NCBI GenBank assembly: GCA_963665095.1
Contig: OY762069.1
Location: forward strand, 2,560,001-2,624,000
Source of the DNA: an uncultured Desulfobacter sp.
GTDB lineage: Bacteria; Desulfobacterota; Desulfobacteria; Desulfobacterales; Desulfobacteraceae
Direction: 5' to 3'
DNA: 64,000 nt
Shown here: in pieces, positions 51,843 to 62,525 of the stretch
Layout: each line of letters opens with the position of its first letter
Numbering within the stretch: position 1 is the stretch's first letter
Made by a program: the position numbers and the translations under genes
Notes under the pieces: model-generated
The model's database searches: none
Told to the model about the DNA's origin: nothing
Seen by the model: only the letters and a program-made list of their open reading frames with translations

Positions 51843-54800
51843 TCCCCGTCCTCCTTAACAACAAGGAAGGAAATCAGCTCAAAATCGTCCAGGCCGTGTA
51901 TGGTATCAACCAAGGCTGTTGTGTTTGTGCTTGAAAACAGGCTATCTATATCCTTGTCTTCCTTGACCTTAATCATTGTACGGATTGCCTGTCCGAGAAG
52001 TTCGGAATATTTCCCCATGTTTCTTCCGTCTTCTGTCTCAGAATTAAACTTTTTGCATAATGGAGTGATTGGCACTTCTTGTCCTTTGCAACTTGTTCTT
52101 ACCAAGTCCAGAAGGGGCTTGACTTGTGTATGGTCAGTAATCACCTGTCCATCATCATTGATGTAAACGAGGTAATATGGATGCAGCCTATTGTGTTGAT
52201 TGATATTGACACCCGAATTTCTGTTCCTTAGTGTAAATATTACCCCTGGTTTTAAGCCTATGCTTTCGTTTGCTGGAACAATGGCATGAAGCCCACTTGG
52301 TAAATGTCCCATATCTCCGTTGTCTTTGATATGGTTCAGTAGATCCATCCTGAAATCATTAAGTCCAAGATCGGTGATGTTCACTCCTGTTTTCAGATCT
52401 TCGAGTTCAATCACTTCATCCTGAAGACGTCTTAGCTGCTCTTTTCTGTAGCTCACATCATTGGCTTGTGCAGACAATACATTGTCATCACCAGTGGCTG
52501 TGACATCGGCAATCACCATCCGGTTTTCAACACGCTCTTTGAGATTGATGTATTCATCCAGCGAAATGTCCGGCCAATAGTTCACCAGCTGGATGGATTC
52601 ATTTAATGAACCGATCCTGTCTATACGGCCAAACCGTTGGATGATACGTACAGGGTTCCAGTGGATATCATAGTTTATCAGGTAATCGCAGTCCTGAAGA
52701 TTCTGGCCTTCTGAGATGCAATCAGTACCGATCAGAATATCAATCTCGCCTTGCTCTTTAGGAAAGATCAGATCCTTTTCCTTGGATATAGGAGAGAAAA
52801 GGGTAAGGATTGACTGGAAATCATATCCTCTCCTTTTATTGATCTTTGTCAAAGTAGTTTTTGGAGCATCTTTTCCTGTCACTTTGCCTGTATGGATTCC
52901 GGTCTTTAAAAGGCAATCGGAAAGGTTTTCATATAGGTAATTTGCAGTATCTGCAAACGCTGTAAAGATTACGATTTTCTTGTTTCCTGGATTTATCGGC
53001 TTCTTGATCTTCTCCTTGATATGAGATTTTAAATGCTGAAGCTTTGCGTCATCTTTAGGTGCAACTTTCTTCATCTCTTCAAGCAATGCTGAAATTATCA
53101 GAAGATCTGATCTTAAATCATGCTCCCAGGACGGCAGGTCCATATCACTCAAATCCACCTTGACCTTGCCTCCGATTATGAAATCGCCAAGACCGATCAT
53201 GTCATCGTCTTCAGCTTCAAGCTCACCAAGAGAATCAGCCAGATCGTGGATTGATATATCTTTGCCCGACTTCTTGAACTTTTCAATTATGTCAAGCATG
53301 CCCTTATGGTTATTTTCAAGGGAACCAAGGGTCAATCTGAATGATTCAACTGAACTTTCAAGCCGTTTCAACAGATTGGTCGTCATTAGTGATTGCAGGC
53401 TCTTTTCCCGGTCAGCCTGTTTAAGCTTTCCTTTGCCACCCTCAACATCAGTATCATATAGCTCTTCGTATTTTTTCAATCTGCTTGGCAGGATGTAGCT
53501 TACAGGCGCATAAATGGATAGCCTCAAAAGCGATAATTGCGTATAGATATCGTTGAAGCTTACGACATCTTTACGGCTTGTCAACGGACATCTGAATGAT
53601 AATGGTTTTCGCCTTACAGGGAATTTCCCGATATCTGTTGTGTCATAGAAGGTCTCTATATGCTTCCTTGATCTTGCAATGGTTACGCTGTCAAGCAGCT
53701 CGAAGAAATCAAAATCCAGTGCATCCAGTATCGCTCTGGCTGTCCTTTCTTCAGCAGGCAGTTTTGACCAGGAATTGAAAACTTTCTGTGCATGACGGAA
53801 TATCTCTTCAACTGTTTTCTCGATCCTTAGTTTGCTGCTAAGAGTTTCCGATTCACCCTCATATGCCAACGCCAATTGGTTTCTTAAATCATTGAACCGA
53901 TTATTGACAGGAGTTGCTGAAAGCATCAGGACTTTTGTCTTAACACCTGCTCTGATGACAGAGTTCATCAATTTTTGATATCTTGTTTCCTTGTCCTTAT
54001 AGGCATCATTATTCCTGAAATTGTGCGACTCATCAATGACCACAAGGTCATAATTCCCCCAATTGATCTTGTTAAGTGGTGTCCCGAAAGATTCACCGCT
54101 TGTACGTTGCAAGTCTGTATGGCAGAGGACATCATAATTAAACCGGTCTTTGGACAAGATATTTGTTACCAGGTTCCGGTTATAATTCAGCCAGTTATCG
54201 GCAAGCTTTTTTGGACATAGAACCAAGACCGATCGGTTCCTTAGTTCATAATATTTAATGACAGCGAGCGCAGTGAATGTCTTTCCAAGACCTACACTAT
54301 CTGCAAGAATGCAACCATTATAGTTTTCAAGCTTATTTATTATTCCAGTTGCTGCATCTCTTTGAAAATTGAACAGCTTATTCCAGATAACGCTGTTCTT
54401 GTATCCTGTCAGATCGTTTGGCAGGACATCTTCGTTTAAGTCCTCAAGGAACTCGTTGAAGATGTTATAGAGCATCAAGAAATAGATCTTTTCCGGCGAA
54501 TTTTCTTGATATACAGATTCAATATGCGAGCAGATGACATCTGTTACATCTTTCAGCTTGGAATCATCGTTCCATATCTGATTAAAAAGGTTCAGCCAGG
54601 TCTGTGTTGAAGGAGCATCGTCAAATTTTGTTATGAAGTTCGAGACAGCATCACCTTGCTGATAACCAAGATCCACAGCTGTAAACCCGTGAAGCGGCAT
54701 ATATGCAGCTGCCTCTTTTCCAATATTTAGGCATGCAAACTGCTGCATCGGTGCTTTTGACGAATTTGAACGGAAACTTGCTTTACGCCTGATCCAGTCC

Positions 54801-55126
54801 GCACACTCTTTTGCAATGGCTCGTTGCGTCAGCTTATTTTTCAGCTGAATCTCAAACTCGCTTCCATAAAGATCTCGTTCACGCTGCCGTTTAGGTATAT
54901 GGAACTCCCGACGTTCTTTTGAGATCTTATCTGTCACCTCATCTGGGACAAACGCCGAAGCAGTGAAAATGAATTCAAGAGAATCAATCTTTTCCAGTTC
55001 TTTTTTGAGGGCTTCGAATGCATAGATGGAAAAGCATGAGGCTGCAATTTTCAGTTTCGCACCGGTTTTAAGGGTCTGCTTTAGGTCATTGCCCCACAAT
55101 GTGTTTATGTTGTCCAAGATCTGCAT
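51839..55126 (-). CDS. SNF2-related helicase associated with type III R-M
   Basis: LADSVGLGKT, IDESHNFRN, LSATP, EGQNLQ, QRFGRIDRIG. Confidence 0.88.
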   Translation of the reverse strand: MQILDNINTLWGNDLKQTLKTGAKLKIAASCFSIYAFEALKKELEKIDSLEFIFTASAFVPDEVTDKISKERREFHIPKRQRERDLYGSEFEIQLKNKLTQRAIAKECADWIRRKASFRSNSSKAPMQQFACLNIGKEAAAYMPLHGFTAVDLGYQQGDAVSNFITKFDDAPSTQTWLNLFNQIWNDDSKLKDVTDVICSHIESVYQENSPEKIYFLMLYNIFNEFLEDLNEDVLPNDLTGYKNSVIWNKLFNFQRDAATGIINKLENYNGCILADSVGLGKTFTALAVIKYYELRNRSVLVLCPKKLADNWLNYNRNLVTNILSKDRFNYDVLCHTDLQRTSGESFGTPLNKINWGNYDLVVIDESHNFRNNDAYKDKETRYQKLMNSVIRAGVKTKVLMLSATPVNNRFNDLRNQLALAYEGESETLSSKLRIEKTVEEIFRHAQKVFNSWSKLPAEERTARAILDALDFDFFELLDSVTIARSRKHIETFYDTTDIGKFPVRRKPLSFRCPLTSRKDVVSFNDIYTQLSLLRLSIYAPVSYILPSRLKKYEELYDTDVEGGKGKLKQADREKSLQSLMTTNLLKRLESSVESFRLTLGSLENNHKGMLDIIEKFKKSGKDISIHDLADSLGELEAEDDDMIGLGDFIIGGKVKVDLSDMDLPSWEHDLRSDLLIISALLEEMKKVAPKDDAKLQHLKSHIKEKIKKPINPGNKKIVIFTAFADTANYLYENLSDCLLKTGIHTGKVTGKDAPKTTLTKINKRRGYDFQSILTLFSPISKEKDLIFPKEQGEIDILIGTDCISEGQNLQDCDYLINYDIHWNPVRIIQRFGRIDRIGSLNESIQLVNYWPDISLDEYINLKERVENRMVIADVTATGDDNVLSAQANDVSYRKEQLRRLQDEVIELEDLKTGVNITDLGLNDFRMDLLNHIKDNGDMGHLPSGLHAIVPANESIGLKPGVIFTLRNRNSGVNINQHNRLHPYYLVYINDDGQVITDHTQVKPLLDLVRTSCKGQEVPITPLCKKFNSETEDGRNMGKYSELLGQAIRTMIKVKEDKDIDSLFSSTNTTALVDTIHGLDDFELISFLVVKEDGE

Positions 55127-56229
55127 TTTTTTAAGCCACCCTTTTGAATCCTATGCCTCATTATTTGATTTTAAGTATAAAACTAGCCCCTTATATAAAA
55201 ACTTAACTTAAATCCCTACATAATAGTGAATTAACAAATGTCAATAAATGTTTCAGAATATCAGATAAATGAATAAATAACAATAAGAAACAATGCTTTA
55301 ATCATCATTAAAAGCAATGAGATACATTATTTTATCGGTCTGCTGATTTGGGTATGAAGTATGGATTTAAACAATGGAAAAATAGATTAGGAATATCTGG
55401 AAGAAATTTTATGACAGATTTACAAACCGGAAGCGTGGCTAATCTTGTATTTGAATCTATGAATTAAAATCCGTCACCCCATTACTTAAAAAGATTTTGT
55501 TTAACTCTGAAATGATATTTTGCTTTGTAAATATTGGCTGATCTGATTGAATCATGGCATCATAAATCGGCCTCATTGTGTCAAACCCTTCATACTCGTT
55601 GTAAATTCTAATCATTTTATCGAATAGCGGCTGGCTGTTGCTATTTCCTATGCCCTCATCTATGCCTAATACAGTATAATTTTTTATTTTAGCTGCTGTG
55701 TCTCCTGCTTTTTCACATTGGTAATCTTTTGCAATCCTTTCCAATACTGCCACCTGAAGAATGGTTGTAAAAGGTTCAGGGAAAAAATTGTCTCCATTTG
55801 GTCGATATTTGAAATCTTTCAAAATGCAATGTATGGTTTCATGTAAAAGGCCACCATAGATTTCGGACATGTATTCGTTTCTATACTTTAGATATATGAC
55901 ACTTTTTTCTACAGAACAATATGGCCCTTTTTCTGCTTCTAAATCTCTAAAAACAATAATAAGCTTTGAAATTGTCCACGTATGACAAAGGATGCTTTCA
56001 ACAATTGGTAGATATTCTTCAACCCTATCGTGCGCTTCCGGCAAGCTAGCGTAAAACCCAAAAGTTGACATAACACCCCAAGTCGGCCCATCGGGTTTTA
56101 AGGCGCCTGGAGCGATTAGCCGGGATTTAGATCGCCCGAAAGTGTCTCAAACCAGCCAGAACAGGACCTGATGACGATTCTCTGATTATCAGTGATTTAC
56201 TCAGATTTTTGTTGATTGCAGCTCAACGT

Positions 56230-57804
56230 TCATGAAGGAATTTCAGCAGCCGCTTGATGGTAATTCCATGGCAGCCATTTTTCAGGATACATTAAGACTT
56301 TTCCCGTATTTTTAAGAATGGCCACCAAATATCTAAACGGATTGGCACCACACAGGCTGCATGTGTGGATGATGCTCATAAAAACATCTCCAACAGCTGC
56401 ACCGAAGCAGGTTTTATAAAAATAAGCATTTTTACGATTCAAGATCGCAAGCTTCAGGGCTCGCTCACAGACGTTGTTGTCAAGAGGTGCGCCGGGTACT
56501 TTTAAAAAGCGGGTAAGTGGTTCCCAATGTTTTAGCATATAGGATATTGCCTCACCCAGACCGGAGTTTGGTTCTACCTTTTTCTGGCTCACCTGTTCAT
56601 TGAACCAATCATATAAAGAATCCATTAATGGCTCGCTATGTTTCTGATGGTAGATGAGCCGTTCCTGATCAGATAATGACCGTTCCTTGGCAATATCATC
56701 ATTTTTGTAAACTTCTCTGATTATTTTGATGACATGTTTTGTCTCGTCAGGAAAATTCGAGACCTCATCGACAAAGTAACGGCGTCCGTGAGTCAAGCAA
56801 TTGCACAATTGGGTTTCATAACCTTTGGGGCAATTACGAGATAAAGCATCACACATCTGTATCGGCGGACTGCGATCTTTATCCCTTTCGGATAAAACAT
56901 CAGAGAGATTTTCACCGGCATGGTTTCGGCCAGAAAAAAACAAGGCTATTTTTTGGCTGCCTGTCACTGCAATAATTCCTGTGGTAAAAATTCCCGTGCG
57001 GCCTGATGTGTTTTCCTGGGCCATCAGCTCAAGGATTCTATTGTTGGTATCATCGTTATGAAGAATGTCTCCTTGGGCAGCAAGCTTTTTCAGTTCCAGG
57101 TAAACTGGATATACATTTTCGTATTCGGTTTTTACAATATCCCATTGGGTCGAGGACGGAAGTGGTATCCCTACACTCTTTTGAAGATTTTCGAATCTGT
57201 AAAAGGGAAAGCCACAACCATATTTCAAAAGGGGAATAATGGCACGTGCACTCTCATCATAGACTCTGGCTTTTTCCGTTTCTGGTGGTTTGGACGTGAA
57301 GATTTCGCCACAAAGATTACAACGCAGTTGATCAAACTCTGTAACTTTTGCAGACAAAGGGGCATGCCCCTCAATACTCACCAAAACTTGTGGAGTTTCT
57401 AACCGGTATATTTTTCCTTTAATGCAAAGGGGGCATTGATCACCGGGAATAAAATCCGGATGGGGTATAAATTTCTTGTCAGCACCTGTGAACGCATCTG
57501 CACCATTTCTGCCGTGGCCTTTGGGCTTCTTCTTTTCAGAAGACTTTTCATCGGAAGAACTTTTATCATCAGATTCATTTTTCAATATGTCTTTGGATTT
57601 TTCACTTTTGGAGCCAAAAATGATTTTTAATAAACGCTTTATAGAGGTGGTATTCTTCCTGTATGCGTTATTCAATGATGATAACGTTTCAAGGGCCGCG
57701 CAAAGCACATCACGATCTTCCTTAGAAAGAGAGCTTTGTTGTATGCGGTCTATCAGTTCTTTCCGGTCATTTGCGTTTAAAACAATCAGTTCGGGTGATG
57801 ACAT
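56230..57804 (-). CDS. tnpC: IS66 transposase
   Basis: FGSKSEK, CPLC, HNDDT, MCDAL, CLTHGRRYF, LDNNVCERAL. Confidence 0.9.
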   Translation of the reverse strand: MSSPELIVLNANDRKELIDRIQQSSLSKEDRDVLCAALETLSSLNNAYRKNTTSIKRLLKIIFGSKSEKSKDILKNESDDKSSSDEKSSEKKKPKGHGRNGADAFTGADKKFIPHPDFIPGDQCPLCIKGKIYRLETPQVLVSIEGHAPLSAKVTEFDQLRCNLCGEIFTSKPPETEKARVYDESARAIIPLLKYGCGFPFYRFENLQKSVGIPLPSSTQWDIVKTEYENVYPVYLELKKLAAQGDILHNDDTNNRILELMAQENTSGRTGIFTTGIIAVTGSQKIALFFSGRNHAGENLSDVLSERDKDRSPPIQMCDALSRNCPKGYETQLCNCLTHGRRYFVDEVSNFPDETKHVIKIIREVYKNDDIAKERSLSDQERLIYHQKHSEPLMDSLYDWFNEQVSQKKVEPNSGLGEAISYMLKHWEPLTRFLKVPGAPLDNNVCERALKLAILNRKNAYFYKTCFGAAVGDVFMSIIHTCSLCGANPFRYLVAILKNTGKVLMYPEKWLPWNYHQAAAEIPS

Positions 57805-58703
57805 AAATATTTTCTAAAATCAGGGGATAATGGATATCCCCAAACTGCTTTGATGGATCTGGTAATGCGCTGTGTTTTTTCTTTGATACCACGCCCGGTG
57901 GTATTCCCCAGATATACCCAGTTAGCGGCTTTATAACAGGTCCCCAGAAAGCGTTCAGTGTCTACAAATGTTTCAAGATAATATATGGGATGATTATAAA
58001 CCTGTTCCCAGTCTTTAGGTAAAACCCTCGCCATTTGACCAAGAATATGGGATGCCAGATTATGAACTTTCACCCAGGGCAAAATCAAAAATCGGCTGTT
58101 ATATGCCATGAGAGATAGATTTTTTTTACGGGTATCCATGGGCCATCCAATAAAATTATCTCTTACTCCTATATGATAAGGTGCGGACGACCATGTCATA
58201 CAGGCTATGGGTGTTTCACCGGAATAAATGATGTATTTAAGATGCTCACCCACCGGTTGACAGTACCCAAGGTAATGATGCTGTTCAATAAGGCTGTCAC
58301 ACAATATTTCTTTATCCGTTCTTCTCACCTTTCTAAATTCGAGCGGTTTCACTTGAAATATTGTTTTTTCAAACGGCGTCTGGTCAATCGTGATTTTGGG
58401 CCTTTTTTTCCGATCTACAAACGGATTTTTCGGGGAACACTTTTTGGGGGGAAGCGTAATATGTCCTGCTCTGTGAAGCTCAAGTATGAGGCCTCTTGCA
58501 ACCATATCCCGAAAAGCTCCGTTCTTTTGAACCCAGTTCCAGGCCTGACATAATTTTACAGACAATTTGCGTCTGGAATCATCCGGATTTTCAGCAATGA
58601 GTTTGCTTATAAAATTAACATCTTCCTGGTTTAAAGATTTACCTCTGTATTTAAATATTTCATTCATGCCGGTCTTGCTAACATATTTTTCACTGGAACG
58701 CAC
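57786..58703 (-). CDS. DUF4338 (DruA-like) domain protein
   Basis: SRRKLSVKLC, HHYLG, GEHLKY, RDNFIGW, NSRFLILPWV, LETFVD, GTCYKAANW. Confidence 0.8.
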   Translation of the reverse strand: MRSSEKYVSKTGMNEIFKYRGKSLNQEDVNFISKLIAENPDDSRRKLSVKLCQAWNWVQKNGAFRDMVARGLILELHRAGHITLPPKKCSPKNPFVDRKKRPKITIDQTPFEKTIFQVKPLEFRKVRRTDKEILCDSLIEQHHYLGYCQPVGEHLKYIIYSGETPIACMTWSSAPYHIGVRDNFIGWPMDTRKKNLSLMAYNSRFLILPWVKVHNLASHILGQMARVLPKDWEQVYNHPIYYLETFVDTERFLGTCYKAANWVYLGNTTGRGIKEKTQRITRSIKAVWGYPLSPDFRKYLCHHPN

Positions 58704-58721
58704 GTGATTTTTTCATTTTTT

Positions 58722-59078
58722 TCAAGAATTAATTTCTTTCCACAAGGGGGCCATTTTTATGCTTTTAATGTCGCCATTCCAGATCATCAGCTGTAACTCA
58801 TGAGCTGCAAGAGCCTTAAGTTTTTCATTACCGTTTTCAACCCAGTAATTAAACCGGCCCTGGGACAGTCTTTTCTGACATATCCAATATCCTTGACCAT
58901 CATAGCAAAGGATTTTGATAGATGTCTTCCGCTTATTCCGGAATACGAATACATATCCGGAAAATGGATCTGTTTTTAAAATGGTACGGCAAATTTTGGC
59001 TAATCCGTCAATGCCGCATCTGAAATCAACCGGATCAACAGCTACAAGTAACCGCATCTGAGGGGTGATTTGTATCAA
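58722..59078 (-). CDS. tnpB: IS66 accessory protein TnpB
   Basis: PVDFRCGIDGL, FVFRNKR, KILCYDGQGYWICQKRL. Confidence 0.9.
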   Translation of the reverse strand: MIQITPQMRLLVAVDPVDFRCGIDGLAKICRTILKTDPFSGYVFVFRNKRKTSIKILCYDGQGYWICQKRLSQGRFNYWVENGNEKLKALAAHELQLMIWNGDIKSIKMAPLWKEINS

Positions 59079-59515
59079 CGACTCTTCCTCCAGAATGCTT
59101 TGCCCAGTTCTAAAAGATCTAAATTGGTTTCACCACGAAAACACATTTTCATCTTACATCCGGATTTGTCTTCCATTTCGATGATGCATTCTGACTGGGT
59201 GAACAGTTTTTCAGAAGGAAGTTCTATAAATGATGCAGGCTTTTTACGGGAAACTGTTTTATAGTTCGAGCCTAAAATTCGTTTCTTTATATCAGTGTAA
59301 TTCAAGCGAAGATTCTTTGAGACTTCATTTATAGAATATTTAATTGCAAGATCTTTTACTTTCTCCCATAATCCTTCGGGGATAGGTTCTCTGGGGCTTT
59401 TTTTGCTTTCTCGCCAATAAGTGAGTTGATTTCTGGTTTCTTCAAGGTCTGGGGGTAATACATTCGCTTTTTCCATCGTTTGCTCTCCTTTGGTTTTTGC
59501 AAACGATAGTAACAA
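59075..59515 (-). CDS. IS66 TnpA-like small protein (start probably 59476)
   Basis: IPEGLW, HTH-like segment, FIEL; first ORF of the element. Confidence 0.7.
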   Translation of the reverse strand: MLLSFAKTKGEQTMEKANVLPPDLEETRNQLTYWRESKKSPREPIPEGLWEKVKDLAIKYSINEVSKNLRLNYTDIKKRILGSNYKTVSRKKPASFIELPSEKLFTQSECIIEMEDKSGCKMKMCFRGETNLDLLELGKAFWRKSR

Positions 59516-59692
59516 AATTATTTTTTTATTTCATGCAGGCCTGCCGGAAGGACACACCCTATCGATATAACATTTGAAATCAGCGAGTGTTTGGCTACTG
59601 AATTCGGGCGGGATTTCAGGGACAAAGAAAAATCCATTTTTGCTTTTCAATATTGTTCGCTCTGCTGCCATAATCCAATAATATCCCTCCCT

Positions 59693-59707
59693 TTTATATA
59701 GCTTTTC
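59693..59707 (-). promoter_or_regulatory. Archaeal-type BRE/TATA promoter
   Basis: GAAAAGC-TATATAAA ending 21 nt before ATG 59671. Confidence 0.45.
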
Positions 59708-59911
59708 CATCACTGACCAGCCTATCATCAAGCCTTGAAATTCTCAAACAGAATGTGGCATTGGGGTCTGGACAAATATGTTCGACTCCCTTATTTGTTT
59801 AAATATGATGTCTGACTTTATTTTTAGTTGAGGGTAGGTTGTATAAAAAATTATCTATCAAATAGCATATTGCAAGATACTATAATAGATCAAAGCAATT
59901 TATTTACTAGA

Positions 59912-60718
59912 TTATTTTTTGTATCTGTCAGAAAATTGATTTATTTCTTCATCAGTTAGATCTCTTAAATTAATAAAAAAATCTGCTTCATAAATTAATT
60001 TATCAGATATTACACTATTCTTTCCCTTATTATAGTATGAGCAAATTATGACTATTTTGCCTAATTTTTCTCTAACTAATTTAACTGATTCAATTAAATC
60101 TGTGTCGCCAGTTAATAAAATTGCAATATCATATGAATTAGTATAACCCAATTGTACTAAGTCTGTCGCAAGCTTTACATCTACACCTTTTTGACTAATA
60201 TAACAATTTCTTACCTGTAATGGTCGAGTCCTTAATTTTAAGAAATTTTGTTTGTCAAAATATTCTATTGTTTTTTTTTGAGATTCACTTCTCTTATTTT
60301 GAACAAGTATTGCATTCTGTTTCTCTTCTTTATGGTCTTTAAATAAATCTTTTAAAGTCTTTAGATGCAAGGATATTTGTTCTTTAGTTTCTTCTTCAAT
60401 TTCCAATGCATCTACTTTTGCTGCTAATTTTTTGGATTCAGCTAGTAGATTATTCATATCTCTTATTTCTGAACCACATTGTCTCCGAAATGCAGTCATC
60501 ATTTCTGGAGTATATTCACCTGTGTATACATATGTCCTAATTAGATTTAAGTTCGATAATCTATAAGATTTGCATTTGTGCAGTTTATCAAACATAAATT
60601 TATGAAACTTTTGAATTTTCCAATATCTTTTATTTTTTCCAAATTTTTGACGATCTTCATTAACAAGTTTTAAAGCACAATCAGAATTCTCTTTATCATT
60701 GAATATTATTACTTTCAT
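59912..60718 (-). CDS. NYN/LabA-family PIN-fold nuclease with coiled-coil insertion
   Basis: IFNDKEN, QKGVDVKLATD, LLTGDTDL, EADFFI. Confidence 0.8.
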   Translation of the reverse strand: MKVIIFNDKENSDCALKLVNEDRQKFGKNKRYWKIQKFHKFMFDKLHKCKSYRLSNLNLIRTYVYTGEYTPEMMTAFRRQCGSEIRDMNNLLAESKKLAAKVDALEIEEETKEQISLHLKTLKDLFKDHKEEKQNAILVQNKRSESQKKTIEYFDKQNFLKLRTRPLQVRNCYISQKGVDVKLATDLVQLGYTNSYDIAILLTGDTDLIESVKLVREKLGKIVIICSYYNKGKNSVISDKLIYEADFFINLRDLTDEEINQFSDRYKK

Positions 60719-60902
60719 TTTGTTAATTAGGTGAGAAAGATTCACTCCCAAGGGGAGTGGGCTTTCTCTAGTAAGTTATTATAATACTATTAAGAATAGA
60801 TATCCCATATAAATATTTTTCTTATTTACACTTATTATGTAATGTTAAAACTATTTTATTATATAAGAAAAATACTTAAAGGTATGATCTAATTCTTATA
60901 AT

Positions 60903-62420
60903 ATGATTCAAAAACCTACTAATACAATTGGTGTGGTTATCATCACTATACTTTGTATAATATGTATCCCAAAAACCTTTGCTGCTGAAGCCACACAATT
61001 AAATTATAATGTTAATCTAACAGAATCAAACTGCACATTACCTATTGGACTAGTTGCAATCCCAAGCGGACAAACGTCCAATATTAATAATATATATTCT
61101 GAAAAAACTTTACTTCGTGGAATTATCGTAAATCGCTGTAATAAAAAAATTGATAATTTAAGACTTGTACTTACCAATTCCAGTAATCACATAGAGCAAA
61201 ATATGGATTGGTTATTTACAAATATAACTGAAGGTAATAACTCTGAATTTACTATGACTGTTGAAAATAAACAAGATATGAATTTTAGTGTTTATATGCT
61301 AAATCTTAAAATTGATAATAATACATATTATAGTGAAAAACTAGGAAATTTTAATTGGCAAGTTGTACACCCACTATATCGATTTGAAGGTTGGAATAGA
61401 GAAATAGATTTCAATACATTTACACCTAAAATAACTGATAATATAATATTTACAACAAATTTTCAAGCTGATAAGATATCATTAAGATATCCTAATTTTT
61501 ATGGCAATTCACAAGAACTTAATTTCATCTATGTAAGCAAATGTCAAATAGATGGAAATTCTTGCAGAGTCATACCTGAGTATAATCCTAGCTACACCAC
61601 ATTAGATATTAGATTTGAGAAACAAATTCTTAACAACTCAAATATTGAATTAAGTTATAACATTGAAAAATCATTAAATTATACAAAAAAAAATTGGTTT
61701 CCATTTGATCAAGTTTCAAGCAAAAATATTTTTTTTCCAGATAAAATTAATATTGGAAATTCTACTAGTTCGCTTGATATTTTATATACTAACATAAATT
61801 TTAAGATAATTACTCCAAGTGGTTTTATTTTTAATGAAAAGAAGTCAAAAGAACTTACTGGCAATATTAATAGTTCATGTAATGCATTACAATATACAAT
61901 GCCAAGCAAGAATTTGGATAATGAAATTGAATTTTACTTAGATTTATATTTAACAGAAGTGATAAGATCACCTCAATTTGAATTGCTTAGTAATAATGGA
62001 GTAATCCTATATAGCGGTCGTTTAGATTCTTGCCAAGATTTAAATAAATTTGCTCTTGTATTTGATAGAGGGGAGATATACAAGGTTATCTTCTGGATCA
62101 TAGTCATAATATCTTTATTTTTTATCATAAGATCTTTTTGGGATAATACATATAAAACCTTGGAGAATTACATTACTGTTATAATCCTGACTATTATTGG
62201 ACAGTTTTTAATATTTCCAAGACCCTATAATATAACAATAAATGAGATTATTATATTTGTTTCAGGTATCATAATAATATTATCATTCTTAATAAGAAAA
62301 TTTAATCTAATAAAATTAACTTGTAATATTTTATCCAAATGGTGGCACTATTATATTTACTTAAAAAAAATGAGGTCATTCGAAAAAAGATTAAATAAAT
62401 CTCCTTTCAAAAAGAGGTAA
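60903..62420 (+). CDS. Membrane-anchored secreted protein, very AT-rich and sequon-rich
   Basis: Signal peptide, many N-x-S/T, three C-terminal TM helices; GAAAAATACTTAAA ~25 nt upstream. Confidence 0.7.
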   Translation: MIQKPTNTIGVVIITILCIICIPKTFAAEATQLNYNVNLTESNCTLPIGLVAIPSGQTSNINNIYSEKTLLRGIIVNRCNKKIDNLRLVLTNSSNHIEQNMDWLFTNITEGNNSEFTMTVENKQDMNFSVYMLNLKIDNNTYYSEKLGNFNWQVVHPLYRFEGWNREIDFNTFTPKITDNIIFTTNFQADKISLRYPNFYGNSQELNFIYVSKCQIDGNSCRVIPEYNPSYTTLDIRFEKQILNNSNIELSYNIEKSLNYTKKNWFPFDQVSSKNIFFPDKINIGNSTSSLDILYTNINFKIITPSGFIFNEKKSKELTGNINSSCNALQYTMPSKNLDNEIEFYLDLYLTEVIRSPQFELLSNNGVILYSGRLDSCQDLNKFALVFDRGEIYKVIFWIIVIISLFFIIRSFWDNTYKTLENYITVIILTIIGQFLIFPRPYNITINEIIIFVSGIIIILSFLIRKFNLIKLTCNILSKWWHYYIYLKKMRSFEKRLNKSPFKKR

Positions 62421-62525
62421 TAATAATATAGTCCATAAAAAAATAATCTGGAAATAAGTAATATGAGATAGTAAAATAAATAGAGTTTATTAAAAAATCA
62501 CCTACAAGATAATTTAAATTATTTT

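Larger units (their letters stand above)
56030..59555 (-). mobile_element. 3526-bp IS66-family element carrying a DUF4338 gene
   Basis: Imperfect inverted ends GTGCGCTTCCGGCAAGC / GTGTCCTTCCGGCAGGC; 8-bp duplication ACCCTATC (56022-56029, 59556-59563). Confidence 0.9.
55457..59671 (-). pseudogene. HEXXH metallopeptidase-like gene split by IS66 (59671-59556 joined to 56021-55457 gives 226 aa)
   Basis: Halves rejoin in frame as KCYIDRV|EEYLPIV across the 8-bp duplication; LLHETIH...FPEPF. Confidence 0.75.

Noticed and set aside
57786..58703. Druantia defence system
   Set aside because: No DruE helicase or other dru genes; the ORF is inside the IS66 ends
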